Shown piece by piece: positions 22,186 to 36,443 of a DNA stretch of 64,000 nt. How positions within the stretch are numbered: position 1 is the first letter of the stretch; each line of letters starts with the position of its first letter. The stretch covers positions 1-64,000 of the forward strand of contig JBHGNT010000103.1 in assembly GCA_043228905.1 (NCBI GenBank), read 5' to 3'. The notes beneath the pieces were generated by a model, which was given only the letters and a program-made list of their open reading frames with translations, did not search any database and was not told the DNA's origin. A program made the translations under genes and the position numbers. This DNA is from Azolla caroliniana (lineage: Eukaryota > Plantae > Polypodiophyta).

Positions 22186-25100
22186 GTTACACGTTCGTAC
22201 ACGTGTGCAAAAACCAAGAACTAGTACACAAACAAAACAACGTGAAGACATAGAGACCCCGATATTTTACGTGGAAAACCTGAAATGGGAAAAAAACATT
22301 GGGGTTCACAAACCCCGAGAAAATGGATCACTATAGTAGAGAGGAAGCACAAATACAGAACTCGGAGGCAACGACCTCAAGTTCTCCTTCGTCTAACAGA
22401 CGGCTATAGAGTTACACTCTCACTCACGTTATAGAGGCAACTACCTGGTTCTAACTTTACAGTAATGATCAACTCTCTTCATAAAGTTTGCCCTAGTTGC
22501 TTATAAACAAAAGCAACTTTCTAGCTATTTACAAGTATAGCCCCCCAAGAGGCATTTTAGACTATTTACAATTATAGTCTTCCAAAACGATTTTGATTTT
22601 GATTTTGATTTTGATCTCGATCTCGGCCGAGTTACTCACCAACTTGGTTCTTCTGTTCCCATCCGGAGGGACTTGTTTCCCAACAAACTCCCCCTTCACT
22701 CCGGCATGGGGTACTTCACCAAACTGACTCTCTGTCGGCACGCGTTTAGCTTTTCGGCTGACAGCACCATCGCCAGCATATCCGATCCATTTTCGGCCGT
22801 GTGGATCTTCACTAGAGCAAACTCCTTTTCTTCTACTCACTCTCGGAGCCAATGATATCTTCTCTGTATGTGTTTGGTCCTGGAGTGGTAGGCGGCATTT
22901 TTCGCAAGGTGAATGACACTCTGGTTATCACAATGGAGTTGGAATTCCTCCTGCCGAATTCCCAACTCACTAATAAACTCCTTCATCCATATGATTTCCT
23001 TGCCAGCTTCCACTACGGTCATATATTCGGCTTCCGTGGTCGACAGCGCCACGGCCTTCTGCAACCTCGACTGCCACGAAACAGCTCCCCCTGCATAAGT
23101 TATTATGTACTTGGACGTGGATCAGTTGGTATCCATATCAGCCGACATGTCTGAGTCAGTACCTGAACCGAAACGAAGACACACGTTCGAGGTGCCTTTT
23201 AGGTACCGAAGTATCCACTTCCCGGCAACCCAATGTTCTCTTCCGGGGTTGCTCATAGATCAGCTAACCACGCCGACTGCGTATCCTATGTCTGGGTTGG
23301 TACATATCATCGCGTACATTAGGCTTCCAACTGCCGAGGCATAAGGAACTTTTGACATCTCGGCCTTCTCGATTTTTGATTTCGGACATTGTTTTTTGCT
23401 TAGTTTGCAGCTCATCGGCAGTGTCGAGTCAACCGGTTTCACATTTTCCATGCCGAATCTCTGGAGCACCTTTGTCACATATTTTTCTTGTGATAGCCAC
23501 AACAATTTCTTTGTTCAATCCCGAACAATGTGCATCCCCAAGATTTGCTTTGCTGGACCCATATCCTTCATCGAGAACGATCTGCTCAAGGCGTTCTTCA
23601 ACAGTCGGATCTTCGTATAGTCCCATCTAACAATCAACATGTCGTCCACATACAACAGGAGGATGAGGAAATCTCCTCTGTCAAACTTCTTCACAAATAC
23701 ACAGTGATTGGCTTGCGTTTTGTGGTACCCGATGTCGATCATGAAGGATTCGAATTTTCTGTACCACTGCCGAGGAGCTTGCTTCAACCCGTACAAGCTC
23801 TTCCTTAATCGGCATACGAGATTTTCTTTACCTTTTTCCACAAATCCTTTTGGCTAGTGCATGTATATCTCTTCCTCCAAATCTCCATGGAGGAAGGCAC
23901 TCTTGACGTCCAGTTGTTCGACTTTGAGATTCATGTTGGCTGCAATGCTCAGCACGGTTCGGATAGATGTCAGCTTTACGACCGGGGCAAATATTTCGTC
24001 GAAATCGACACCCTTCTTCTATTGAAAACCTTTCACGATAATTCGTACTTTGTACTTGGGTTGATTCCCCCCATCTCCCGATTTCAACTTGTATACCCAT
24101 TTATTCCGAAGTGCCTTCTTTCCTCTTGGTAGTTCGGTCAGTTCATATATGTGGTTCTCATGCAAGGAATCCATCGCCTCTTGCATGGCACTCAACCACT
24201 TTCGGTTGTGGGTATCTTCCTTAGCTTCTTCAAAACTTTTTGGCTCCCCCTCATCGGTTAGCAGTACATGCTCTTCATCAGGAAATCTTCGGGGGCCCTC
24301 CTTTCTCTTAGGGGGTATCTTCAACCTCCATTCGGCACGATCGGTTCTTCTTCGACTTCTTCGGCCGATTCAAATTTAGTTCCTTGTTCGGTCGTTTCCC
24401 CTTGTTCTTTAGTCAGTTCTCGATTTTGCCGAGTATTAAATCGACCGATTGGCTTGGATTTGATTTTGATCAAATCGGCTTCTACTCGATTCGGCCGAGT
24501 GTCGACTCGGTTCGATTCGGTAGTTGGAGACTTATTCGCAATCTCCTAGTCGACTATTGTCTTTTCCTCCATGAAGACAATGTCACGGCTCCTAATGACT
24601 TTCTTCTCAACTAAGTCCGATAGCCGATAGCCAAATTCATCATTGTCATAGCTGAGAAATATACTTGGCCGAGATTTCGGGTCTAGTTTTCCCCTTTGGT
24701 CTTTTGCCACATGCACATTGGCAAGATAGCCGAACACCCTCAGATGTCGGTACGAACCATCGTTGCCGCTCCACACCCTTTGTGGGATATCACCTTCCAG
24801 GGCTACTGAGGGTGATCGGTTTATCACGTACACTGCCGTCATCAGAGCCTCAACCCAAAACGTCTTTGGTAACTTAGCATGTGCAAGCATACTTCAGACC
24901 CTTTCCATTACAGTCTGGTTCATTCTCTCGGCCAGCCCATTAAGCTCTAGTACCTTCGGCACGGTATACTCAAGCCAAATTCCTTGATTTCGGCAATATT
25001 CCTCGAACAATCCACGGTACTCTCTGCCATTGTCCGCTCGGACTGCCTTCAGTGTTTGGCCGGTTTCTCTCTTGGCCCTCACTTGGAACTCTTTGAAGAC

Positions 25101-27228
25101 AGATAACACTTGATCCTTCGTCTTCAGCACGGAAGCCCATAACTTCCGGCTACAGTCATCAATGAAGGTCACAAAATATTGTGAACCACCATGCGACTTC
25201 GTGTCCACATAGCATATGTCCGTATGCACGAGTTCCAATGACATTTTCTTCCTCATCAGGGGCCTCATTTGGAAGGATGTTCGATTCTATTTACCGGCCA
25301 AGCAATCAGTGCACTTCTCAAGTTGCACGTTCTTTACTTCCGGAATGAGGTTGTCCTCGGCAAGCTTTCGCATCCCCTTCTGGCTCATATGGCACAACCT
25401 CATATGCCACAGTTCACCGACAGTGTCGGCTGCCACGTTTGCTTCCCCTCAGCATATTCAAGCATTCATTATGTACAGTGTGTTGGTTTTCCGGGCTCGA
25501 GCCACGATCAGACTTCCCTTGCAGAACTTCCTGACCCCGTTCTAGATGCTACCCGTGTAGCCTTCGTCATCTAGCCAACCGGCTAATATTAGGTTCAATC
25601 AAACCTTTGGAACGTGTCGTACATCTCTCAACACGACTCTGCACCCGGTTGAGGTTTCCAAACACACATCTCCAATGCCGACAATTCAACATGCTCCTTC
25701 ATTTCCCATCTTTACAGATCCCACATCTCCAGCTCTGTAGGATGAGAAGCACATTTGATCAAGGGTTAGGTGAAATGACGCACTTGACCACCTATGTCGA
25801 TTCTTCGCCTGCGAGATTCACTTCGTTTTGCTCACTAATGAGCAACAACTCCTCCTCACTCGCGGCGATTGCTGAGGTGTTCTTCCTGTTCGGGATTTTC
25901 TTTGACTCTACACCATCAACTCCCCCTTTCTCCTTTCGAAAGTGTTGGCAGTTTTTCTGTATGTGCCCCAGCTTCCCATAGTAGAAGCACATGGGTCTCC
26001 CCGTTGACTTTGTCCTGGTCTTTGACTTATCTCGATTCTAGGGACTTTGATTTCGGCTTCTTCCCCGAATCGTGTCACCTTCCGGGACTAAGGCCTTCTG
26101 GTCGGTGCTTGACTCTCGGTCCTTCCGATGAGCTTCTTCATTCAGCAAGCTCGACTTCACTTGCTCTATGGATAGGTGTTTCCCTTCCGGTCCCGCGTTA
26201 CCCAACATGACAACCAACGTTTCCCAACTGTCTGGAAGAGATCCCAGCAACAACAATGCTAATACCTCATCAGCTAGAGGTACTTCTAGAGAGTTGGTTT
26301 GGTTCATCAATCCTTGGAAGGCATTGATGTGCTCCGCCATACTGGAGCCATCCTAATACCGAAGCCTCACGATTTTTCGAAATACTGAGACTCTATTCAC
26401 GATGTTCTTGTTTTCGAACATGACACTAATCTTCTTCCATAGGACGTATGCTTATGTTTCTTCACCGAAGTTGTTGTATAGACTCATGCCTATAAAACAC
26501 CTTATATATGCGGCCGCCTTTAGATGCAACACTTCCCAAGTCGTTGCATTGATCTTCTCTGGTCTTTTATCTCCAAACTGCACCGGCAGCCAAAGGTCTT
26601 TGCACACGAGCATGTCTCTCATCTTCGACTTCCACATTAAGTACTTGGATCCGGTTAGCTTAAACATGCCGCCGAATCAGTCTTCCATCGCTCTGATACC
26701 ACTTTGTTAGGAATCGACCGGCCACAACTGGTTACAGTTCGTATTCGTGTGTAGAAACCAAGAATTAGTACACAGACAGAAAAACGTGAAGACACGGAGA
26801 CACCGATATTTTACGTGGAAAACCCGAAATGGGAAAAGAACACAGGGGTCCACAAACCCCGAGAAAACAGATCACTATAGTAGAGAGGAAGTACAAATAC
26901 GAAACTTAGAGGCAACGACCTCGAGTTCTCCTTCGTCTGACAGACGGCTACAAAGTTACACTCTCACTCTCTCACTCACAGTTACAGAGGCAACTACTTG
27001 GTTCTAACTTTACAATAATGATCAACTCTCTTCATAAAGTTTTCCCTAGTTGCTTATAAACGAAAGAAACTTTCTAGCTATTTACAAGTATAGCCCCCCA
27101 AGAGGCATTTTAGACTATTTACAATTATAGTCTTCCGAAACGATTTCAATTTCAATTTCTTCTCACCAATTTGGTTCTCGGCCAACTTGTTTCTTCTCTT
27201 CCCATCTTGAGGGACCTATTTCCCAACA
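22186..27228 (-). mobile_element. Full-length but decayed Ty1/Copia element
   Basis: LTRs ~22186-22685 and 26705-27228 (diverged); PBS TGGTATCAGAGCG near 26689-26701; PPT GAAGGGGGAG next to 22685; gag, IN (ELVHTDIC), RT (KSLYGLKQAPRQW, LLLYVDDM) and RH (ALSTTEAEY, CDNQS) fragments. Confidence 0.9.
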
Positions 27229-27239
27229 CAACGAGACAA

Positions 27240-27905
27240 TCAATTAACTTGTAATAAGAGAAATACAATCGGACTCGGCTAGTAACAGAGCTTTGAGATC
27301 TCCACACTCACACACATATACCCAAGCATCTAGTTGTGGACACACGAGGCATGGCAATACAAGACTCAGCTTGTTGCTGGCTCCCAAGATGGGACCTCTT
27401 TGTGTGTCAAATCCAATGTTGCATCGTTGGCTCCTTCGACGTAGCTCCAGTACCCATTTTTGAGCAGGCACTGGTGCATCTTGTATGACCAAGATGCGTA
27501 GTTGTTTCTCCGTTGGAAGTGAGCCACCCATACCTCTATCCATGTTCTTGTTGTTTGAGGAAGAAAATTCTTCAAATCTATGTTAATTTGCTTTGATGGC
27601 AACAGAGGATTCTTCTGGCCCTCGCACTCTGATATCATGTAAAGAATTATGTACGCAGAAACTTGTACACAAATACAGTCAGTTGAACCAAACAATAACA
27701 ATAGTTAGGTAAACACAAAGAATGGAAAATACACAGTATGAGAGAGAGACATAGTGAACATACAACAAACTTAGATTCAAAATGAATATACTCTGTACAT
27801 AGAAATGTGCTCAAAGAGCAATTTAAATACAAGCCCTGACAATGGGTTGACAAGTACTGACAAGTACTTGAGTGCTCATTAAATGACCGTCTAACACTAA
27901 CACCC
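27240..27905 (-). mobile_element. Copia 5' fragment (LTR remnant, degenerate PBS, gag start)
   Basis: NNYASWSYKMHQCLLKNGYWSYVEG gag N-terminus; TGATATCAGAG PBS-like site at ~27627-27637. Confidence 0.6.
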
Positions 27906-28109
27906 AAGTTATTCCTTCGTGGAATATCGGTCCAAACGGCCTGCCGATCTAGCTCTCGGCTTCTTCAGCCAATCCAGACCTAAGCAATCAGTTTCCATCA
28001 GATCTAGTTCTTGGCTTCTACAACCGACCTGTCCCAAGTTGACCCTGCTCGCTCAATAAAGTAATTCGGACTCCAACCGGCATTATGATCTCCCAACAAC
28101 ATTACATCC

Positions 28110-29434
28110 TCAACTTATTATATAAGTTCGAGATGACTGAGTATAAGTCTATGGCAACCCCACTTGATTGAAACCTAAAGCTAATTGCGACTCTGGCATA
28201 GAAGAGTGTGAACCGACTCAGTATCGACAACTAATTGGAAGCCGCATCTATCTCACGATCACTCGACCCAGCCTCAACTATCCGGTCGGCCTCCTTAGCC
28301 AATTCATGCAAACTCCACGCAATATTCATTTAGATTGTGCTAAGTGAGTATATTATGATACGTGAGTGGAACAATGGACTACGGAATTCTCTACAAATCG
28401 GCCACATCAATTCGACTCAAAGGATATATAGATGTCAATCGGGTAGGCTACAGAGCTGACCAATGATTGACCTCAGGGTTCTTCTTCTCTCTAGGAAGTG
28501 GAGCCATCTCCTGGAATAGCAAGAAGCAACCGACCATCGCACTTTCGAGCCAAAGGCCGAATACAGGGGCACTGTTATGGTTGCATGTGACGTTGTTTGG
28601 TTGAAGAGAATATTGAGGGATCTAGGCATTTCCATCAAGTAACTGGCTCAAAACCCGGTGTTCAATGTGAGCACGAAGCATATAGAAGTGCACTATCACT
28701 TCATCTGAGAGTGCATTCAAGTTGGAGATGTCGACCTTCAACACATCAACACGAATCTTCAGACAGTCGACATCTTCACCAAAGTCATAGGAGCTGACAA
28801 GCCTCAGCAATTCATGTCAGACCTTGGATTGACGATCTATGACTTGCCAAGCTTGATGGGGAGTACAAGAGAGAACCAGATACCAGCCAAAGCGGACATT
28901 AGTTGAGATGGACACTATAGGAAGGCCGAAAGTCGAAAGCCAACCAAAGTTGAGTTTGAGGGTGCGTGTTGAGAATCAAGCTCAACCTAGTCTAGTGTGT
29001 GAACACATCTTTTGAGAATCTATGAGCACTCAAAGGTCAAAGGTCACCACTACCTTCTACACATTAACTATGTGTCAAAGAATCATGTTCTATGTATGAC
29101 ACATAACTAATGAGTTTCATATTCCCCATGACTAATGAGTGTCCACATTCCCCAAGGATTTAGAGAGAGAGTGTATATTTTAGTGAGATAATGTAGAAAG
29201 AGGTTGACCTTATATAAAGCACCCTCCTAATTTGTAATGTGTTGGTTAACCTCCTTTGTAATATTCATATTGTTGTAGTTATTCTCCATTTCTAATACGT
29301 ACATCTTCTTGAGTATTTCATTTTCCTATCTATCTTGCGTCTCTCTTCTCTCCTCTTCCACACACACACAACACACATCTCTAAACTATTCTGCTGCATA
29401 GAATCACACTTGATTCTTTATATGGTATCAGAGC
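28110..29434 (+). mobile_element. Copia RT/RNase H remnant followed by an LTR (28967-29422) and a Met PBS
   Basis: YRQLIGS..YLTITRP, AISWNSKKQPTIALS, KHIEVHYHF and DIFTK motifs in broken frames; LTR termini TGTTGAGAATCAAG / CTTGATTCTTTATA; TGGTATCAGAGC at 29423. Confidence 0.75.
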
Positions 29435-29469
29435 GATTTGGTAGCTTGATCTAGCCCATCCTCATGTCA

Positions 29470-30030
29470 CTGTGGACCCATTGAACACTACATCCGAACT
29501 TCAAACGATTTGTGTGTGCTCTAGGGTTCCAAAGTCAGTATCCGATCTCTTTGTTTGGTCCATAGCCAAGGAAAATGCATTTCTTGGACCTCGGTTCAAG
29601 TTTGCGGCAATCGTCCTTCGATATGAGGACGTATGCTTCACATCCGAAAATCCGCAGCTTGTCGTAATTCGACTTAGTGCTCGTCCATAATTCCAAAGGT
29701 ATTTGAAGTCCTAAAGGCCTACTCAGTGACATAATGATTATGTGCACTATCATAAATAGAGCCTCTGTCCAGAATCCATCCGACAACCTAGAGTGTTGGA
29801 GCATGGACACTATTCGTTCTTGAATTGTCTGATTCATCCGCTCAGCAGATCCATTCTACTCCGAACTATGAGGTTTCGTGTATTCACGTCGAATGTCGCT
29901 TTATCGGCAAAATTCGACGAATTCTTCAGACTTAAACTCTCCCCCATTGTCAGTTCAAAGGCATTTTAGCTTTCAACCGTATTGGTTCTCTTCTATGGCG
30001 AGCAATTCTTGGAAGATCGAGAAAACCTGA
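29470..30030 (-). pseudogene. Copia integrase fragment related to 14400-18989
   Basis: MNQTIQERIVSML...LRIFGCEAYV...KKCIFLGY. Confidence 0.8.
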
Positions 30031-33000
30031 GTCGTACCTGGTATTGGCGCATTCGCTACAAGAGTTGAATCACCACAAGCATAGAGTCTCAATGTAGTTG
30101 AATCATGTCCTAATGATGGTAGCTAGCCCTCATATTTATAGCCACACCTTAGGCCCCTAAACAAGTTCACACTTGGCCCTTATGGGTTGTCCCAATTCCT
30201 AGGATTAAAAGTAATCCTTCCTTCTTTACACTCTCGTTGAACCCTCACACTTTATCCACGTGTATAGAATACTACGGTATAATCTTACCATGGGATAATT
30301 TATGGTCATGCACGTAACAAAGATGCTTGTAATACCTCTTCAAGTGTTTGTTAAATGTATACAATGTCAGATGGCTACACAAGGAATGTATGTACTACCT
30401 CCCCGAGTGTTTGTTAGATGTACATGAAATTCACAAGCATGCGTGTGAAAAACAACACGACTACTGGGAACCTGGACCAAAGAAGATTGTGTCCTTGATG
30501 AAGAATTACGTTTAAAAAAAACTCCACTTGGTATGTGTTAAATCACTTAGAGTTTCCTCATTTTGAGAATGTAGCTTGCAAGTGAATGATAGCCTTCAAG
30601 GGTACTAATTTGTATCATTGTATGCGGGTTAGTGTAAATATGTGTACGTATATATGTGTGTGTGTGTGTGTGTGTGTGAATGTGTAAATAAGTTTTGTAT
30701 TATATGTGTAATATTTCATGAGTTTATTTAGGTGTATTTGTATATGTGGCCAAAACTTTACTATTTGTATGTGTATCAGTGCTAGTGGCCAACAAGACTA
30801 GGGCCAATTTTAAGGTTGTGAATCTATGAACCCCTCCATAACCATAAATTCGTAACATTCATCATCATCTATCCTATTGACATGAACCTCATCAAACATA
30901 TATTATTTGAGCCATAGATGACTTGACAATAATTAATTGGTGGAATCTTAGCATATGACAGATTTAAGACAATATCATTAGTTAGGTTAATAAGAAATGG
31001 GAAATTTGTATATGTTCTACAATTTTCTATATTGATGGTTCAATTGTGAAACTTTACAAAGTAGTTAGATAAAAAAAATTAATTCCTTCTTGTTACAAAT
31101 GACATGTATAGTAATAGGAAAATGGCTGATCCGGAATTTCTTATTAGGGTCAAAAAGTTTGCCCAACACTACCTTCAAGTATAAATCTAGTTTTTATCGA
31201 AGATGTGATTCAAAACAACCTTCAATCATTTGCTCTGTTTGTGTAAAGAGGAACACCATTAACTTTTGATCTTGTGGAAAAGAGAAAAGATTGCATATTA
31301 TTGTTGCTAATGTAAAATAATAATAAACCTTAATCTACTTATTATGTTTCCTTGAGATTGTGATCATCTTACTCATTTAATTCTTCACGATGGTGTAAAT
31401 TTTTTTCTTCAATAATTTGTGTCCATGATTATTACTATTGTGTAAATACTCAAACTTCTCAAACTAAGGTCAAATCTGTATTAGGCAAAGAAACCCAAAT
31501 TGCCGAACCCACTAGAAAACTTTGCCATGTGCTTTTATCTTATTGCTTGCCACCGTCATGACAACTTTCTAGTGCTTCCACTTACAAGAATTTCGTGCAT
31601 TATTTTATGTATTCCCTTTCAAATCAGCTTAGCTATCAATGTACTATATTGATCAAGATGTAGATCTCATCCGCACAAGCTATAGTTAAACATATAATTT
31701 CCTTGCTTTTCATATGTCCTTGTAAGCCATAGAATTTAATAAATATTCAATTTGTGAGATATACATAGCAATGATACAAAATAGTTTAACCATTCTTATC
31801 AACAATTTTTATTATGAAAATAGGAATAGTGAAGGACGGCACACACCTAAATATTTTCTCTTTATTTATTATTCCAAGGTTATTTGGCCTCGCTTCTTCT
31901 ATGTAGTAAGGATCTAATGTGCTGCATTAAGAGTTGCGGGGTCTGAATGAGATTAAATTTAGTTGTGATCATTCCCTCGTATTTCGTAGATGTGTATTGT
32001 GGCCTCATTGTTAGACTGGATGCGAAGGGTTATATATGAAAAGGGAAAAAACGCTATCTTGTGAATCAAGTGCTTGGCTACAATTAGAGTTGTTTAACAA
32101 TTTAGCAACAAACTTCAAGAGAGTAGTTGTTGTGTCCTTCAATTACATCCCCGGGAAACTCCAAACGATGAAATAATATGATGAGGCTCACAAACTACTT
32201 TGACCTTCAAAGAATACCACAATTTTCTCTATGCGCATGGCCATATATAGATCATGGCAATGAAATTGCATGTAAATTAGAGATAAAGTACTACAAAAAA
32301 TAATACAATTGATTATCAAAGCCTACTTGAGTGCACTCTTGTAGAATGGTATGTGTGCATGCAATAATTATACAAAAATGTTGACACTTGGCTGTTGGTG
32401 TTAGATGAGGGCACATCGAGAACCCCGCTTACTATTGTCATGATTTAAAAGTTTGTCCTAAGCAAGGAAAAAGACATGAGCCATATATTTTGTATGATAT
32501 GGGCACACGGAAATCCTTTACCATCCCCAAATTTAGCCTTCTAGGCACCAAAATCTTTAGGTATTAGGGTACTTGATGAGTGGTTTAACAAGCTTGTCAC
32601 ATTTAGTCGTGGACACAATCATACATGAACATGCCCCTCAATTGATTCAAGTCAAAAGACTTTATTTAAATAGGCTTTGTTATTATGGTGATATCAAAAG
32701 ATAAACACGGTCAAGTTATCATAGTTCGATGAGTCTTTTTCTTTGTTCAATTGGAAACAAAACACCACCACGTGAAGATGAAGGAAATTAGAATTTTGAG
32801 TCAAGTGCAAACATGAAGATGAAGGAAATTTGAAAATTAGAGCATCTAATTATTCTTATTAATGTCTAACTCTCCATCTGGTAAAAATAGCGTGTTGAAG
32901 GAACTTTAATCTAATGAGGTTAAGAATGAGTATTGGATATCATGTTGCCAAATGGTCTTCAATCAACCCACTCTAAATGATTTCTTCTTAATGCATTCTC

Positions 33001-33616
33001 TCAAGCAAGTCATTGTATGATTGTCTCTTGCTTCCTTGATTTTTCCCTTGACAACTTTTAGATTTTTTGTAAAGCAAAATATATCCCAATGAATATCCAA
33101 AGAACTTTCATTGCTCTTTAATTTAACAGTATCTTTTATCACCCATACATATAGCATATAAATTACAAGTCATAAGAAATATTAGGAGCGTTATGACAAG
33201 TCTCTTGTCTTAATTGGTGGATGTCCTCTTTTGGTTTGACCTTTTTTTCTATATTTAATTAGTTGATTAACACGTGGTTAAATATACATGGTTGGATGAA
33301 AGGTACGTCATGTTTTGCTTTAAGAGCAATGGAATGATATTTCTATTAAGTAAGTAGCTTTTTGCATGTGCAATGGGATAAGATGTTTCCATCAATTTTG
33401 TCCTTTCTATGCTCTGTAGGAGAATCAAGTGAATTGAAGTAATAACTTGTATATAATAAACTGTGAACCTCTCGACTTTTACTTACTCTGGGGAATCAAT
33501 GCAATTTAGGTCTTCGAGTCTTAATGGTTGAGTTTGGGCCCTGGGGTGTATTCATATATTTTCGGTGCTAACACCCATAAGGCCCCCATTTCATTATAGA
33601 AATAGTAGTGGGAGCA

Positions 33617-33777
33617 TTACTACTCACCACCAACACATGCGAATACGATTACAACTCACCACGATAACATATATCTATGTATACAATTACAACTCACCAC
33701 GACAACATATATCTATGTATACCATTACAACTCACCAAGACAAAATATATCTATAGCATTACAACTCATCAATGACA
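33617..33777. repeat. Tandem repeat, about 5 units of 31-38 bp, downstream of PAL
   Basis: Recurrent ATTACAACTCACCA(C/A)GA...ATATATCTAT. Confidence 0.8.
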
Positions 33778-34024
33778 TGTAAAAGAAAAGAAGATAAAAG
33801 TTCACATTGTAAAGAAACAGAATGTGTAAATGTAGGTAGGGTATTTGTCAATTGTCATTTATTATTGTTAATTATTGTTGTGCCCTTAGCTTAGTAACGA
33901 TAGAGGGGCATTGTTTCGAATTTAGGCAAAAGTAGAGAGATAACTTGCAAAAAGTAGAGAGAGGGAAACTGAGTGATAGAAGAAGAGAAGGGAAGAGAAG
34001 GTTTGGATGCTTCCCCAGTCCTGT

Positions 34025-36349
34025 TTACACTCCAAGGGACCAATAGCCTTTCCCGGCAGTGGCGGACGGAGACCGGACATTGTCGAACCATGCCCAATAA
34101 GTAGGGTTAAACACTGCCGGCGAGGCCGGCACGGTCCGAGGAGTGAATGGTCCAGCCGACCGGCGCCACCCTTCTAAGCATTTCAGCAAAGGTATTAGGA
34201 GCTTGCCCTCGAGGAACGTGATGAAAACCTTCTCAATGTCCTCCCCTGGGCTCCTTGTCGCGGTACCCCTAAGGAGATCGGTACCTAGTTCGGTCCTCAC
34301 TAGCTTGTACAAGGGGTAGGTTCGGCACTTTTTGATCCGGTTTGGAACGGCGTAGTCGCCCGAATCATAGCGTTCCCTAGCCTTGGGGATCTCCTCATCA
34401 AGGAGCGCTTTTAGGTTTGCCTCGAAGGTCGGGATCTTCTTGAATAGCTCGGGCACCGATGTTTCGTCATTCGATGATGCTTGTGACTTTAGGGCTTGCT
34501 CGACCAACACCTCTCGGAGTTGTAGCATTAGAGAATAGGCAGGATTGGACGCATTGTCGATGTAGGAGAACACGGGCTGGTGCTCGACAACTTGCAAGAG
34601 CTCCTTCTCCGAGAATTTGGTCGGGAAGGGCGAGCCCTTGTCGGTGGCATTGAGATCATCATGGAAAGTGGATGTGATGGCCTTCTCCACAAGCTTCTTC
34701 ACCACTTCCTTCATGTTCTCTTCCAAGTGTCGGAGATCCACGGCTTGGCAGAGTGCGATCAAGTAGGTGGACGACATGAGCTTGAGGATCTCGACCGCCT
34801 CGGCTGACTTCCGGGCCGAGATGAGGCCGAGGGAGTTCACATCTTGGTTGTGTTGTTCCGCACTTTGGACGTGAGTTGTCACGGGGTTAGCAAGGTATTG
34901 GAGCTCGGAGCAATATGCGGCCATTGCGATCTCCGCACCCTTCATGCCATAGTCGAGGCTCGGGTTGGGCCCCCCTGAGAGGTTGGAGGGTAGGCCGGAG
35001 TTGTAGTAGTCGCAAACGAGCTCCGAGAATTGGGCGAACATGAGCTTACCGATGGCCGCGAGCGCGATCCGGATGTTGTCCATGGACACCCCGATGGGAG
35101 TCCCTTGGAAGTTCCCGCCGTGGAGGGCCATGTCCCGTGACACATCGATGAGAGGGTTGTCGTTCACCGAGTTGATCTCTCGCTCGATCGCGTGTGTAGC
35201 GAACCTTATCACCTCCACCTGGGGGCCGAGCCACTGGGGCGAGGTACGCAACGCGTACCGGTCTTGCTTCGGCTTCGACAAGGGGTCATTCTCATGGAGC
35301 TTTGCGGCTGCCTTCATGTAGGAGCTCCCTTCGAGCAAGAACTCCATGACCGCGGCGGCCTCGATCTGCCCCGGGTGATGCTTGAGCTGGTGCGTGAGTG
35401 GATCAGTGAACTCGGGCTTCCCTTGCATGACCTCGCAGAAGAGGGCCGACAAGACCTCGGCCAGGAGGACCAGGACATTGGAGTCGAAGCAAACGTGGGA
35501 TGCGACCGCGGCCCCAACCGAGGTCCCATTGACTAGGGCCAATCCTTCCTTGGGTTGGATCTCGAAGGGCTCCTCGATCCCCGCCAGCTTTAGGGCCTCG
35601 ATCGCCTTGAGCTCGCGGCCATCGGGCACCACAGCCACCGAATTCGGCCTCGCGGTGATGAGCCCGGCAATGTAAGAGAGCGGCACAAGGTCCCCGGATG
35701 CTGTGATCGTACCGCGGAGCGGGATCTTCGGTATCACATTGGCGCAGATCAGCTTCCTCATTGCATCCAGGATCGCCCACCGGATGCCCGAGTAGCCTTG
35801 CATCAATGTGTTCGTCCGGACGAGCATGGCCGCACGCGCGTACTTGATGGGCAAAGTGCAGCCGTCCGACGGGCGGGCGATGACCCCTGCGTTGAGGAAG
35901 CGTATCAGCTCCTTTTGTAGATCAGTGGCTTGTGTTGTCCGGCGGTGTGAAGTGGCCCCGAACCCCGTCGTGACCCCGTAAGTGTCGGTCCCCTTTAGAA
36001 TGTTGTTGAGGACCCAGTTGGAGCTCTCGTCCACACGAGCCTTGGCTTCGGCTTCATCGAGCTCGACCACCACGGATGCGCGTTGCGTGATGGCCGTGAC
36101 TTGGCCGACCGTGAGGCTACTCCCCCGTAGGACCACTGACTCGGTCTCCAGGAACTGGCGAACCATGCCTCGCACCTCATCGAAGTGGCTCGACTGGAGT
36201 GCCTCCGCGGCCTTCACCCAATGGGGGGGCTTCGCCACAGGGCCATCGATGAAGAGCGCATTCACACCGGCCACAGGCAACGGCAATGTGGGCGGGCGAC
36301 GGAGCTCAGACAGCTTGGACTCCGCGGTAGAGTTGTTAGTGGTGGCCAT
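34025..36349 (-). CDS. PAL: Phenylalanine ammonia-lyase, intronless, 774 aa
   Basis: [20 protein letters not shown] (Phe-specific F), MIO signature [56 protein letters not shown] at 36349 in ACAACCATGG context; the longer ORF start reads through a CT/CA microsatellite. Confidence 0.97.
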   Translation of the reverse strand: MATTNNSTAESKLSELRRPPTLPLPVAGVNALFIDGPVAKPPHWVKAAEALQSSHFDEVRGMVRQFLETESVVLRGSSLTVGQVTAITQRASVVVELDEAEAKARVDESSNWVLNNILKGTDTYGVTTGFGATSHRRTTQATDLQKELIRFLNAGVIARPSDGCTLPIKYARAAMLVRTNTLMQGYSGIRWAILDAMRKLICANVIPKIPLRGTITASGDLVPLSYIAGLITARPNSVAVVPDGRELKAIEALKLAGIEEPFEIQPKEGLALVNGTSVGAAVASHVCFDSNVLVLLAEVLSALFCEVMQGKPEFTDPLTHQLKHHPGQIEAAAVMEFLLEGSSYMKAAAKLHENDPLSKPKQDRYALRTSPQWLGPQVEVIRFATHAIEREINSVNDNPLIDVSRDMALHGGNFQGTPIGVSMDNIRIALAAIGKLMFAQFSELVCDYYNSGLPSNLSGGPNPSLDYGMKGAEIAMAAYCSELQYLANPVTTHVQSAEQHNQDVNSLGLISARKSAEAVEILKLMSSTYLIALCQAVDLRHLEENMKEVVKKLVEKAITSTFHDDLNATDKGSPFPTKFSEKELLQVVEHQPVFSYIDNASNPAYSLMLQLREVLVEQALKSQASSNDETSVPELFKKIPTFEANLKALLDEEIPKARERYDSGDYAVPNRIKKCRTYPLYKLVRTELGTDLLRGTATRSPGEDIEKVFITFLEGKLLIPLLKCLEGWRRSAGPFTPRTVPASPAVFNPTYWAWFDNVRSPSATAGKGYWSLGV

Positions 36350-36409
36350 GGTTGTCCAAAACAAACAAATTGAGGCTAGATGATGGAAGAAATGGTTCAA
36401 TGATGTATA

Positions 36410-36443
<34 letters not shown>

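Noticed and set aside
24270-26280. Other CTGATGA matches on the minus strand (TCATCAG near 24275, 25253, 26267)
   Set aside because: They fall in Copia coding sequence, and I found no accompanying stem II-GAAA-stem III architecture.
30040-30320. Possible solo LTR (TATA-like motif, ends GTAACA)
   Set aside because: No second copy, clear terminal repeat or TSD could be established.
33617-33777. CRISPR-like array
   Set aside because: The intervening sequences are related to each other, the context is eukaryotic, and there are no cas genes.
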